From assembly GCA_046331705.1 (NCBI GenBank), contig JAXLQJ010000001.1, forward strand, positions 62,001-126,000: DNA of 64,000 nt, in the 5' to 3' direction. Below the pieces are notes generated by a model. It was given only the letters and a program-made list of their open reading frames with translations, made no database searches and was not told where the DNA came from. This stretch comes from a bacterium (lineage in GTDB: Bacteria; JADJOY01). Positions 55,036-64,000 of this stretch are shown here, one piece after another (the stretch's first letter is position 1; every line of letters starts with the position of its first letter). The position numbers and the translations under genes are program-made.

Positions 55036-56907
55036 TCATTGCGCATAGCCGAGCGCCCGCAGCCGCGTCTCGTCTTCCGCGCTCACGGCCGTGGTGATTC
55101 GGGCTGCCCAGGGGGCCGCGGCGACCTCGTCGAGCTTGCCGGCGAGCGCGCGAACCGAATCGGGTCGCGCGCGCACCAGGTTGCGAAGCTCTCCCGGATC
55201 GGCGCCGTGGTCGTAGAGCTCGAACGTGTCGCCATAGGCCGACCACACCAGCGTCTCGGCGGCACTCTCGACCGCGCGCATGCACATGCGGGCACGGTAG
55301 GGCCTGAGGAACGCGAACCAGCGATCCTTCGAGCGCTTCGAGTGATAGAGGGAGGCATAGCGAAGCTCGCGCGCGTGCGCGGCACCCCAGGCCGACGCGT
55401 CGAGGTCCGGGTTCGCGGCGAGCGACAGGAAGAGATCGTGGAAGTCGCGAAGCTCGAGGCGGGCGGCGACGAGCCCAGCAGGCCGTGCCGAGGCCGGCGC
55501 GAGATCGAGCAGCACCGCCGGCACGTGCAAGAGCTCGCGATGAAGCGTGTGCCCGTGGCCGAGCCCGCCGTGCTCGCCCAGCTCCTCGCCGTGGTCGGCG
55601 GTGATCAGCACCCGCGTCGGCCCCGTGAGCCGCGACGCGATGCCCGCGAGCAAGCGCGCCAGGTGCCCGTCGAGATAGGCGAGCTCGGCCTGGTAGCCCC
55701 GCCGCGCCGCCGCCGGCCGCGCGGGGTTGCGGGGGCCCCCGCTCAGGTACGGGGTGTGCGGATCCAGGTAGTGGACGTACGCGAACACGGGACGTGGCTC
55801 GCCGCCGGCGCGCTCTGCGCCGAGCTCGTCGAGCCAGCGCAGCACGTCGTCGGTGACCGTCGCGGCCCGCGCGTAGGGATAGGGCGTCTCGGTCAAGTGG
55901 TGAAAGGCGTCGAACCCGCGCGCGAAGCCGGACTCGCCATTCACCGCGTGACGGGTCGCGATGAAGGCGCCGGTCCGATAGCCGCGGTCGCGCAGCGCGG
56001 CGGCGAGTGTCGGCTGGTCCTCCGCGAGCAGATAGTCCCAATCGACGGCGCCATGGTGCTCGGGGATCTTGCCGGTGAAGAGCGAGGCGACGGACGCACG
56101 CGTCCAGGTCGTGCTCGCCATCACGTCCTCGAAGACCAGACCCCGTTCGAGGCGAGCGCGCGTCGCGGGAAACGACGCCGGGTCGGCGCCGTAGACCGGC
56201 AGCGCGTCTGCGCGCAGACAGTCGACGAGCACGATGACGAGATTGGGCGGCGTGCCCGTCGCGGGCTCGGCCACCGGTGGCGGCCCAGGCACGCGGCTCG
56301 CGGCAGGATCGGCGGCGCTCATGCGGGACCACAAGGCATCCTCGATCGATGCGACCGAGCGATCGAACGCGTGGTGCAACAGCACGCCGACCAGGCGATC
56401 GTGCTGCAACACGTGCCAGCGAAACGTGGGCACCAGCCGGTAGGCGCCCGCCGTGAGCGCCACCCAAGCGAGGCTCGCGCCCACGGCGATGCGCGCCAGC
56501 CGGCGGCGCGCGGCCGTTTCGAGCTCCGGCAAGAAGCGGTGGGCGAGCGCGATCGTGAGCGTCGCGACCGCACCGGCGAGCGCCGCGCTCGTGGCGAAGG
56601 AGAGCGTCGCCGGCGTTCCCGGCGGCCGCACGGCCTCGCGCAGCTGTGCCGCCCACACCGCGAGGGTCCCGGAGGCGGCCACCGCGCCGGGCCAGCGTCC
56701 GAAGGTGCGCGCGGTGAGCACCGTCGCCGACGCCACGACGCCCACCAGCAGCCAAGCGAGGCTCAGCAACGCCACGTCCAGTGGATCGTGGCGCGACGGC
56801 GTGCCCAGGAACGAAACCGCCGCGAAGGCGGCGCCGACTGCGCACGCACCGACGGCGAGCGCGACGCTGGGACGCGCCGGGCGAGCGATGGATCGATCAG
56901 CGCTCAC
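55036..56907 (-). CDS. Membrane-anchored sulfatase-like (alkaline phosphatase superfamily) protein
   Basis: N-terminal TMs; VLVDCLRAD, WTRASVASLFTG, YLDPHTPY, TADHGEELGEHG..GHG, HVP, C-terminal RLRALGY. Confidence 0.85.
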   Translation of the reverse strand: MSADRSIARPARPSVALAVGACAVGAAFAAVSFLGTPSRHDPLDVALLSLAWLLVGVVASATVLTARTFGRWPGAVAASGTLAVWAAQLREAVRPPGTPATLSFATSAALAGAVATLTIALAHRFLPELETAARRRLARIAVGASLAWVALTAGAYRLVPTFRWHVLQHDRLVGVLLHHAFDRSVASIEDALWSRMSAADPAASRVPGPPPVAEPATGTPPNLVIVLVDCLRADALPVYGADPASFPATRARLERGLVFEDVMASTTWTRASVASLFTGKIPEHHGAVDWDYLLAEDQPTLAAALRDRGYRTGAFIATRHAVNGESGFARGFDAFHHLTETPYPYARAATVTDDVLRWLDELGAERAGGEPRPVFAYVHYLDPHTPYLSGGPRNPARPAAARRGYQAELAYLDGHLARLLAGIASRLTGPTRVLITADHGEELGEHGGLGHGHTLHRELLHVPAVLLDLAPASARPAGLVAARLELRDFHDLFLSLAANPDLDASAWGAAHARELRYASLYHSKRSKDRWFAFLRPYRARMCMRAVESAAETLVWSAYGDTFELYDHGADPGELRNLVRARPDSVRALAGKLDEVAAAPWAARITTAVSAEDETRLRALGYAQ

Positions 56908-56943
56908 GTAGATCCTTTCGGTCGGTCGAGAACGGCGCCGCGC

Positions 56944-59043
56944 TCAGGGTGCGGGGCGATCGCGGCGACGTGGCCGAAATCCAGCGCTCGGCGGGTCGGG
57001 CTTGCGCGCGAGCACGATCTCGAGCCCGGCGCCCTCGACACCCGCGCCTGCGACCGCGCCACGGACCAGCACCTCGAGCGTGGTGAGATCGGCGAGATCG
57101 AACGAACGAGCGAGCGGCGCGCCCGGGTCTTCCGCCGACCCGCTCGGCTCGAGGCGGCGTCCGTCGTCGCCCAGCAGCTCGAGCTCGATCCCGCTCGTCG
57201 ACTCGGCGGCCACGCCGCGCACGCTCACCGTGTACGAGCCCGGCGGCAGCACGCCCGTGCGCGCACGCAACACGCCACCCTTGCGCTCGAGCGCGATCGC
57301 TGCCGGGAACCGCCGGGTCGCGTAGATGCGCGTCTCTTGCGCGCGCTGCTCGGGGTCGGAGTCGCCGCTCGCGTTCGTGCCGTCGAACGCTTTCACCAGC
57401 GCGAGGTCCTGCACCAGCTCGAAGTAACGCGGACGCAGCCCTGGGCGCTCGTAGTTGAGCTCGCTCAGCACCACGTAGTCGTAGCGGGCCAGCTCTTCCC
57501 GGGATCCGACCGCGCGCGCCACGTTCTCGACGTAGAGTCGCGCGGGGTCGAGCTCGCCCACGAACGTGACCTCCGAGAGGATCGTGGAACCGTCGGGCAG
57601 ATGCGCTCGGATCCATTGCTCCGCCTGCGCCGCCGACGACGCCTTCGCGCGCATGCCGAGCTCCTCGCCGAGCTTCGGCATCTGACCCGCGAGCCCCAGC
57701 GCGAAGACGAGCGCGAGCGCGACGCGCGCCGGCCGCGCGCGCTGCTCTCCCCAGCGCTCACCGGCGGCCTTCCACGCGCGAACCAGCGCGATCGCCACGG
57801 CGGCGCAAAGAAACGGTTGCAACGGCAGCAAGTAGCGCGGATAGAGCCGTCGGAAGTTCCCCAGCAACACCAGGAACGCCACCGGGAACGACGCCGTCAC
57901 CAGCGCCGGCGCACGGACGCTCGCCGCGGCCACGACCAGTGCCACCGCGAGCACCGCCGCGAATCCCGCTCCCAGCCCGTCGAGCACCGCCTTGCGCAGA
58001 TGCGGCAGCAACGCGATGCCCTTCTCGACGGTGTACGTGTTGAGGTGGAGGTCCTTGGTCTGCGCCAGGAACTCGCCGGGATGAAGCACCGTGTAGGGGC
58101 TCGCCAGGAAGAAGCCGAGTGCCAGACCGCCGAAGGCACGCGCGAGCCGCGCGACCGGAGCCCCCTTGCGGGGATCGGAGTCGAGCAGCACGGCCGCCGC
58201 CAGCGGCACCACCAGCACCACGTCGTAGTACTTGGCGGCGACCGCCACGCCGGAGAGGAGGCCGACTCCGAGATCGGCGCGCCAGGTGCGCCACGTACGC
58301 AGCCGCAGCAGGGCCCCCCACGCGAGCGTCACGAAGAGCGCGGCGTGCAGATCGTCGTGGACGAAGCGCCCGTGACCGATGTGGGCGGCATTCAGGGCCA
58401 GCAACAGCGCCGCGATCAGCGGTGCGGCGGCGGTGGTCACGCCGGCGGCGGCCCCGACGCCCAGCGGCCGAACGGCCCACGCCAGCGCCCAGACGTTGAG
58501 GCTGCCGAGAATCGCCATCGCGTAGCGGCCGAAACGCAGGTAGCCCTCGGGGGGCAGCTCGGCGATCGATCCGCCCAGGCCCTGCATGGGCCCGACCACG
58601 CCGTACGTGATCGCGGCGAGCGCCTGGACGTAGTACGGAAGGCCGCCGTGCTCCAGGTTCTTGTGATCGAGGGTCGCGTCCTCGATCATCCGACCCGCTT
58701 CGCTGATGTAGCGTTGCTCGTCGACCGCGAACTCGAGCTTCTGGCCGTGCTCGAGCCCCGCGAAACGCAAGACCGCGGCGATCACGATCAGCCCCGCGAG
58801 CGCGAGGCTATCGGGATGGGCCCGTGCTGCGGCGAGCGCGCGCCGGAACGCGTCGGCGCGCGCACCGATGGCGACGAGGACCAAGACCGCCCACGAGCCG
58901 AACGTGAGACCGACGCCGCGGCGCCCGAGGAGCAGCCCGTCCAGGCTCAGCTCGGGGCGGCCGAGCGCGACGATCGCCATGCCGTACGCGGTGAACGCGC
59001 CCAGCGCGACACGGCCGAGCCAAGGGCGAAGCGCAGATCGCAA
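56944..59043 (-). CDS. GT-C fold (PMT/ArnT-like) membrane glycosyltransferase
   Basis: Many TMs; VDEQRY loop, HGRFVHDD, AAKYY, FFLASPY, PRYLLP; soluble C-terminal domain. TTG start is uncertain. Confidence 0.78.
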   Translation of the reverse strand: MRSALRPWLGRVALGAFTAYGMAIVALGRPELSLDGLLLGRRGVGLTFGSWAVLVLVAIGARADAFRRALAAARAHPDSLALAGLIVIAAVLRFAGLEHGQKLEFAVDEQRYISEAGRMIEDATLDHKNLEHGGLPYYVQALAAITYGVVGPMQGLGGSIAELPPEGYLRFGRYAMAILGSLNVWALAWAVRPLGVGAAAGVTTAAAPLIAALLLALNAAHIGHGRFVHDDLHAALFVTLAWGALLRLRTWRTWRADLGVGLLSGVAVAAKYYDVVLVVPLAAAVLLDSDPRKGAPVARLARAFGGLALGFFLASPYTVLHPGEFLAQTKDLHLNTYTVEKGIALLPHLRKAVLDGLGAGFAAVLAVALVVAAASVRAPALVTASFPVAFLVLLGNFRRLYPRYLLPLQPFLCAAVAIALVRAWKAAGERWGEQRARPARVALALVFALGLAGQMPKLGEELGMRAKASSAAQAEQWIRAHLPDGSTILSEVTFVGELDPARLYVENVARAVGSREELARYDYVVLSELNYERPGLRPRYFELVQDLALVKAFDGTNASGDSDPEQRAQETRIYATRRFPAAIALERKGGVLRARTGVLPPGSYTVSVRGVAAESTSGIELELLGDDGRRLEPSGSAEDPGAPLARSFDLADLTTLEVLVRGAVAGAGVEGAGLEIVLARKPDPPSAGFRPRRRDRPAP

Positions 59044-59224
59044 ATCACCGAACCTGGTGGCGAGCCCGGCGAGGACCGCCGGGGATGAGGGGAAGGCACG
59101 CGCGAACGGCGCGCGTGATGCCCAACGCGTTGGAGCGCGAGCATATCGCGCGGCGCCGTGGATTTCCCACGCGCTCGCGAACGCAGCAGCCGCGCGCGAG
59201 CGCCACGGCCGGCCGCGCCGGACG

Positions 59225-60922
59225 TCATTCGTCGAGCAGCGCGTGGCGAATGGCGGGCAGCGGCGCGCCGCCGCACGCCAGGAGGCGATCGTGGAACGCG
59301 CGCAGCGAGAAACGCTCCCCCATCTTCGCGTGCCACTCCTCGCGCAACTGGCGGATCAGGTGCTTGCCGAGGGTGTAGGAGAGATACGTGGGATCGTAGG
59401 TGGCGCGCACCGCCTCCTGGCGTGCGCCGGCCTCATCGAGGAATGCGACCTCGCGCATGCGACGAGCGCATTGATCGATGCTCATCCCCTCGGCGTGGAT
59501 GCCGATCGCGCACTCGAGCCGCACGTCGCGGATCAGCGCTTCGATGACCTGGGCGAGTCGGAAGCGGGAATCGCGGTCGGCGAACCCCTCTTCCCACATC
59601 AGCTCCTCGGCGTAGTGGGCCCAGCCTTCGCCCACGAGCTGATTCCAGAAGCTCTTGAGGACCCGCGAGCGCATCGCGCGGCGATGGAGATCGTCGACGA
59701 AATGGCCCGGATAGAGCTCGTGCGTCGTCACCACCAGCAGGTCCCAGGTATCCGACACGTAGTCGCGCTGCTCCTCGGGCGACCAGCGGGGATCCGGCGG
59801 GGAGATGAGGTAGAAGCTCGGCATGGTCTCGGGCTCGAACGGCCCGGCTCCGTCGAGCATCGCCGCCGCGGAGCGGTCGTAGGGCGGCGCCTCGCGGACC
59901 TCCGCGACGGCGCTCGAGGGCAGGCCGACCAGATCGTGCTCGATCACGAATCGACGCGCGTCCGCCGCCTGCCGCCGGGCCTCCGCCAGGACGTCGGCGG
60001 GCTTCTGCTGCTTGAGATCGCGGATGACGTCTGCCGCGGAGCGCGTGGCGTCGATGGCGTGCACCGCGTCGGCGAGCGCACGCTGGTTGCGCTCGAGGTC
60101 GGCGCGCCCGATCGCCGCGATGGACGCGAGGTCGAGGTCCACGCCCTCCTCGACCGCGATCGCCCGCGCGAGCCCGCTCGCGCCGAGCACGTGGCCCTGG
60201 TTGGCGGTGGCGCGGCGCGCGTCGAGGAACGCGCGCTGCTCCTCGAGCGCGCGCGCCATCCCGGCGAGCGCCTCGTCGAGCTCGCGCCTGAGCGCGACGT
60301 CGGTCAGCGGCGCGAGCGCCTCCCGCACGCCGGTGCGCAGGAACTCGAGCTGGCCGTCGATCTCGAAGCGCGCGACCTCCACCCACGGCTCGGGCAAGAC
60401 CGGCTCCAGGTTGGCGCGCGCCGCCGCGAGGTACGCCGGTGCGCCACGGGCGATCGCGGCCACCGCTCGCGCGCGCTGGGCGAGCGGCGCGTAGTCCCGG
60501 CTCAGATAGCCGTCGAGCTCCAGATTGCCGTCGTACCAGATCGGATTCCTGAGCGGCGCACGAAGCTCGACGTACGTGTGGAGGTCGGTTCGAAGGGCGA
60601 GGAGCAACGTCTCCCGCTCGAGCTGCTCGGTGGGCCCCAACGACTCCGGTACGAACGCCGCGAAGCGCCGCTCCGCCTCACGGAGGTGGGCGATGGTTCG
60701 CTCGAGCCCCGCTGGCGTGACGTCCGGCAAGCGTCCATCCCGATCGTGATACCCCAGCGAAACGGCAAAACCGGGGTGATCGGCCAGGTACGTGTGGAAG
60801 AAGGCATCCGTGGCGCGGGCGAGCTCCTCGTTGGCGCTCGCCACGGACACGTCCGAGACGCGCTTCGGCGATGCGGCGCACGCCGCCAGCAATAGCGGCA
60901 ACACCGCGACGGAACGACACAT
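59225..60922 (-). CDS. DUF885-family lipoprotein (putative metallopeptidase-like)
   Basis: Lipobox LLAAC; HELYPGH, EGWAHYAE, YLSYTLGK, FHDRLL..G. Alternative ATG at 61015 has a strong RBS. Confidence 0.88.
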   Translation of the reverse strand: MCRSVAVLPLLLAACAASPKRVSDVSVASANEELARATDAFFHTYLADHPGFAVSLGYHDRDGRLPDVTPAGLERTIAHLREAERRFAAFVPESLGPTEQLERETLLLALRTDLHTYVELRAPLRNPIWYDGNLELDGYLSRDYAPLAQRARAVAAIARGAPAYLAAARANLEPVLPEPWVEVARFEIDGQLEFLRTGVREALAPLTDVALRRELDEALAGMARALEEQRAFLDARRATANQGHVLGASGLARAIAVEEGVDLDLASIAAIGRADLERNQRALADAVHAIDATRSAADVIRDLKQQKPADVLAEARRQAADARRFVIEHDLVGLPSSAVAEVREAPPYDRSAAAMLDGAGPFEPETMPSFYLISPPDPRWSPEEQRDYVSDTWDLLVVTTHELYPGHFVDDLHRRAMRSRVLKSFWNQLVGEGWAHYAEELMWEEGFADRDSRFRLAQVIEALIRDVRLECAIGIHAEGMSIDQCARRMREVAFLDEAGARQEAVRATYDPTYLSYTLGKHLIRQLREEWHAKMGERFSLRAFHDRLLACGGAPLPAIRHALLDE

Positions 60923-61144
60923 CCGCCGCCATCGACCGCGCCGAGAGATGCCCGCCTCGACGACCCGATGGTCGCCCGATCGGTGGCTGACGACGACGAC
61001 GCGCCCCCTCGGCATGGTTCTCGCTCCTCTTTCGTTTCCAGGGTGAGGTGCGAACACCCTACGCCGCTTGCCGCCGAGTCGAAAGACACCGAGGACGGGG
61101 CGGCGGGGGATCGCGCCTGCGCCCAGCGAGAAAGGGGGACTTCG

Positions 61145-61531
61145 ATGAAGCGCGATCTGAAAGAGGCCATGGGCGGGCTGGAGCAGCGCGTGCGCGAGGG
61201 CTTGCACGAGCTCGAAGGCCAGGGCGAGCGGGCAAAGACCGCGGTGAAGAAGCTGGTCAAGCGCGCGCGGCGCGAGGTCAAGACCGAGACGCGGGCGCTG
61301 GAAGGTGAGTTCACGAAGGCCAGCAAGCACGTCCGCGAGATGGTGGACGAGGCCATGAAGGGCTCGCTCGACAAGCTGCTGAAACCGACGCGGCGCGCGA
61401 TCGACGAGAGCCGCGTTCGGCTCGACCGGCTCGAGAAGAAGATCGAGCGGATGGGCAGGCCGGCGCCGGCACGTCGCGCGGCGGCGCGCACCCGCGCGGC
61501 GAAGCCGAAACGAGCGGCGGCGCGCGCCTGA
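61145..61531 (+). CDS. Phasin/PhaF-like coiled-coil protein with basic Ala/Arg/Lys tail
   Basis: Amphipathic helices, PTRRAIDESRVRLDRLEKKIE, tail PAPARRAAARTRAAKPKRAAARA; GGGGG RBS. Confidence 0.6.
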   Translation: MKRDLKEAMGGLEQRVREGLHELEGQGERAKTAVKKLVKRARREVKTETRALEGEFTKASKHVREMVDEAMKGSLDKLLKPTRRAIDESRVRLDRLEKKIERMGRPAPARRAAARTRAAKPKRAAARA

Positions 61532-61547
61532 CGGCGGCCTGAGCGAG

Positions 61548-61578
61548 CCACGGGATGCGCACTGCGCGCATCCCGTGG
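61548..61578. terminator. 13-bp hairpin between convergent genes (terminator or REP-like element)
   Basis: CCACGGGATGCGC-ACTGC-GCGCATCCCGTGG, 16 nt after the stop at 61531. Confidence 0.55.
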
Positions 61579-61840
61579 GTTGAGCGTGGCGGCCTGGCCA
61601 CCCCGGACCTGGGATGCGGCGGAACGTTCGAGTAGCGGCGTGGCGAAAGCTCGTCTCGCGCTCCGGCGGAGGCTCGCCCAGCGGAGCGCAGTCGTGTGGA
61701 CGTAACAAGCGAGTCCGGCGTCGCCGGACGATGCGCGCTCGAGCACGCGCGGCCCGAGATCGAAACGGGGTGGCGAGCCGGGAACCGGCGCACCACCCCG
61801 TTGGTGTCCGCGAGCCGCGCGGCTCGTCAGGACGATCGGA

Positions 61841-63517
61841 TCACTGACAGGTCTTGTTTCCGCCCTTGGTCTGGCACACGCCCGAGCAGCATTCGCTCAT
61901 GCTCGAGCACGCGGCACCCTTCTGCTTGAGCGTGCAGGCTTCCTGCTTGCCGTCGCAATCGAGGTGCGCGAGCGCGTTCATCATGTTGACGACGCCGTAT
62001 CCGGTGTTCACGTCGCGCCCGGGAGCGTCCACGTCCTGCGCCGTGTAGTCGAGGAGCGCGCGGATGTCGCGCGCCTTGCACGCGGTGTTCTGGCTCCAAA
62101 CCGCGGCCGCCACGCCCACCACGTGCGGCGTGGCCATCGACGTGCCGTCGAAGAAGTCGTAGTTGCCCTTGCCGACCGCGAGCTCGAACTCATCCCCCTC
62201 GAGGTATTCGAGCGTGGGGCCCGCCGTGCCTGCGACCGAGACCGCCGGGATGACGATGTTCGCGTCGACGCCCTCGAGCGTTCCCGTGAAGAGCGCGTCG
62301 CTGTTGTTGAAGATCACCGCGCCCAGGCCGCCGCTGCGCTTGCACTCCTTCACCTTCTCGACGAACGTGATCGTGCCGCGCTCGATCACGCAGAGCTTCC
62401 CGGAGGCACCGGCGCAATCGCCGGGGCTGCCGAGCCCGTCCACCGCGTTGCAGCGGAAGAGCGGCGCCGTGACGTCGGCGATGGCGCTGCCCTGAAGCGC
62501 CGCGGCCTCGAACTCGGCGACCATCCCGTTCTTGGTGTTGAGCACCACGGTGGGCGCAAGCCGCACTTCCGAACCTTGCGCCTTGGGCACGGTGGAGCGC
62601 ACCGCCACGCCCGGGCCAGCGATCTCCACGTCGTCGTTGAACTGCGAGAAGCTCGCGTGCGCGAGGGCGGAATCGACCGCCGCCACCGACATCACCGAGT
62701 CGTAAGCCGCGGGGTACGACTTCCGCGAGTTGCCGTCGTTGCCCGCCGCGGCGATCGGCAGGACGTTGTTCGCGAGCGCGTTGTCGAGCGCCTTCTTCTC
62801 GGTCGCGGTCGGCGTGCCGCCGCCCAAGCTCATGTTGATGACCTTCGCGTGGCCCTCGTCGATGCACTTCCCGACCGCATCGGCGAGATCCGACGAGTAC
62901 GCGTACTCGCCGTCGTCACCGAAGAGCTTGACGATGTGGATCGGCAGCACGCCGTTGCCGTTCACGCCCACCACGCCGATGGCGTTGTCGAGCGCCGAGA
63001 TGGTGCCCGCCACGTGCGTGCCGTGATGGCTGCCGTCGTGGAAGGGGTCACCCGTGCCCGGATCGGGGGACGCGGTGACGCGCTTGGTCTGGAGATCCTC
63101 GTGCCCCTTGTCGTATCCCGAGTCGATGATGCACACGGGGATCTTCCCCGTGTCGAGCTGGGGATCGGCGGTGACCGCATCGATTCCCCACGGCGTGACC
63201 TGTGGCCCGGTCGGCGAGGGCGCGCGCACCGACAGCGGGTAGCGCGGGGCGTCCTGCTCGACCAGCTCGATCGCGGCGTTGGCCCTCAGCTTCGCGAGCG
63301 CGCCCGCCGGCACCTTGACCGCCAGCGCGTTCAGCTTGGTGAGCTCGCGGATCACCTTGCCGCCCGCGGCCTCCACCGCCTTGCGCGCCTTGGCACCATC
63401 CTTGTAGACGACGATCTGGCGCTCCGGGTCCGGCTGCCCTGCCCGCGCCACGCCGACGGCGGCCAACCCCAGCGCAGCCGCCATCCCCACAGCCCATGCA
63501 CTACGCCATCGCTTCAT
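61841..63517 (-). CDS. Secreted S8 subtilisin-family protease with propeptide, PA domain and Cys-rich tail
   Basis: Signal peptide; triad IIDSG, HGTHVAGT, GTSMATPH; oxyanion AAAGN; PA insert (IERGTITFVEKV); GGAGG RBS. Confidence 0.95.
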   Translation of the reverse strand: MKRWRSAWAVGMAAALGLAAVGVARAGQPDPERQIVVYKDGAKARKAVEAAGGKVIRELTKLNALAVKVPAGALAKLRANAAIELVEQDAPRYPLSVRAPSPTGPQVTPWGIDAVTADPQLDTGKIPVCIIDSGYDKGHEDLQTKRVTASPDPGTGDPFHDGSHHGTHVAGTISALDNAIGVVGVNGNGVLPIHIVKLFGDDGEYAYSSDLADAVGKCIDEGHAKVINMSLGGGTPTATEKKALDNALANNVLPIAAAGNDGNSRKSYPAAYDSVMSVAAVDSALAHASFSQFNDDVEIAGPGVAVRSTVPKAQGSEVRLAPTVVLNTKNGMVAEFEAAALQGSAIADVTAPLFRCNAVDGLGSPGDCAGASGKLCVIERGTITFVEKVKECKRSGGLGAVIFNNSDALFTGTLEGVDANIVIPAVSVAGTAGPTLEYLEGDEFELAVGKGNYDFFDGTSMATPHVVGVAAAVWSQNTACKARDIRALLDYTAQDVDAPGRDVNTGYGVVNMMNALAHLDCDGKQEACTLKQKGAACSSMSECCSGVCQTKGGNKTCQ

Positions 63518-63668
63518 GCGACTCCTCCCCCGCGATCGATTCCTCGATCGCACACGAGTGTGCTGCCGAAAAGCCGAACCTACCGCTCCTCACCCCGCCA
63601 CGTCCACGCCAGCCGCGATCCGCCACGGACGCGGCGACGCTCGTCTCGCCCACGACGACGCGGGCGGG

Positions 63669-64000
63669 TCATTTGCAGACCTTCTGACCGCCCTTGCTCT
63701 GGCAGACACCCGAGCAGCAGTCGCTCATGCTCGTGCAGCTCTGGCCCTTCTGGTGGAGCGTGCAGACCTCCTGGAAGCCGTCGCAATCGAGCTTCTCGAG
63801 CGCGGCCTCGTAGTCGACCAGGCCATAGCCGGTGTTCGCGTCGCGACCCGGTACGTCGACGTCGTGCGCCGTGAAATCGAGCAGCGCGCGGATGTCGCGG
63901 GCCTTGCACGTGGGATCGTGGCCCCACACCGCCGCCGCCACTCCCGAGACGTGCGGCGTGGCCATCGAGGTGCCGTCCAGGAACTCGTAGTTGCCGTTGT
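63669..64000 (-). CDS. Second S8 protease paralogue (only the C-terminal part is in the window)
   Basis: NYEFLDGTSMATPHVSGVAAAVW...GRDANTGYGLV plus the same Cys-rich tail as 61841..63517. Confidence 0.9.
   Translation of the reverse strand, partial: NGNYEFLDGTSMATPHVSGVAAAVWGHDPTCKARDIRALLDFTAHDVDVPGRDANTGYGLVDYEAALEKLDCDGFQEVCTLHQKGQSCTSMSDCCSGVCQSKGGQKVCK

Noticed and set aside
1-64000. CRISPR arrays, tRNA/rRNA genes, transposases, integrases, prophage genes
   Set aside because: No regularly spaced direct repeats, cloverleaf or rRNA-like segments, or mobile-element motifs were seen by eye; short elements could have been missed.

Overview
A 64-kb, very GC-rich (roughly 70% by eye) bacterial chromosomal segment. 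Gene content suggests a diderm Myxococcota/Binatia-like organism (inference). About 40 CDS can be supported; no rRNA, tRNA, CRISPR array or transposase was recognised. Recognisable modules: a cbb3 oxidase operon (ccoI-S-NO-Q-P-G plus a DsbD_2/TauE-like gene, no ccoH) behind a near-consensus sigma54 promoter; fused FO synthase fbiC; an FHA-MinD/ParA-glutaminase operon with a second sigma54-like promoter; a GH-A/GT2 fusion with ABC exporter and glf; a SWIM-SNF2 helicase; speD; two-component genes; and tandem S8 proteases with cystine-knot-like tails. The best candidate for an undescribed system is at 6221-14655. A tandem-PilZ / LuxD-like thioesterase / SAM-methyltransferase fusion is translationally coupled to a membrane HK-REC-HK sensor, followed by a REC-HK protein, and divergent from a stand-alone FabF. 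This looks like a c-di-GMP-gated fatty-acid-methyl-ester signalling circuit analogous to Ralstonia phcBSR. A radical SAM enzyme with an N-terminal SPASM-like domain, a CX3CX4C motif and three Ig-like repeats is also unusual. All calls come from motif reading by eye; no database searches were run.
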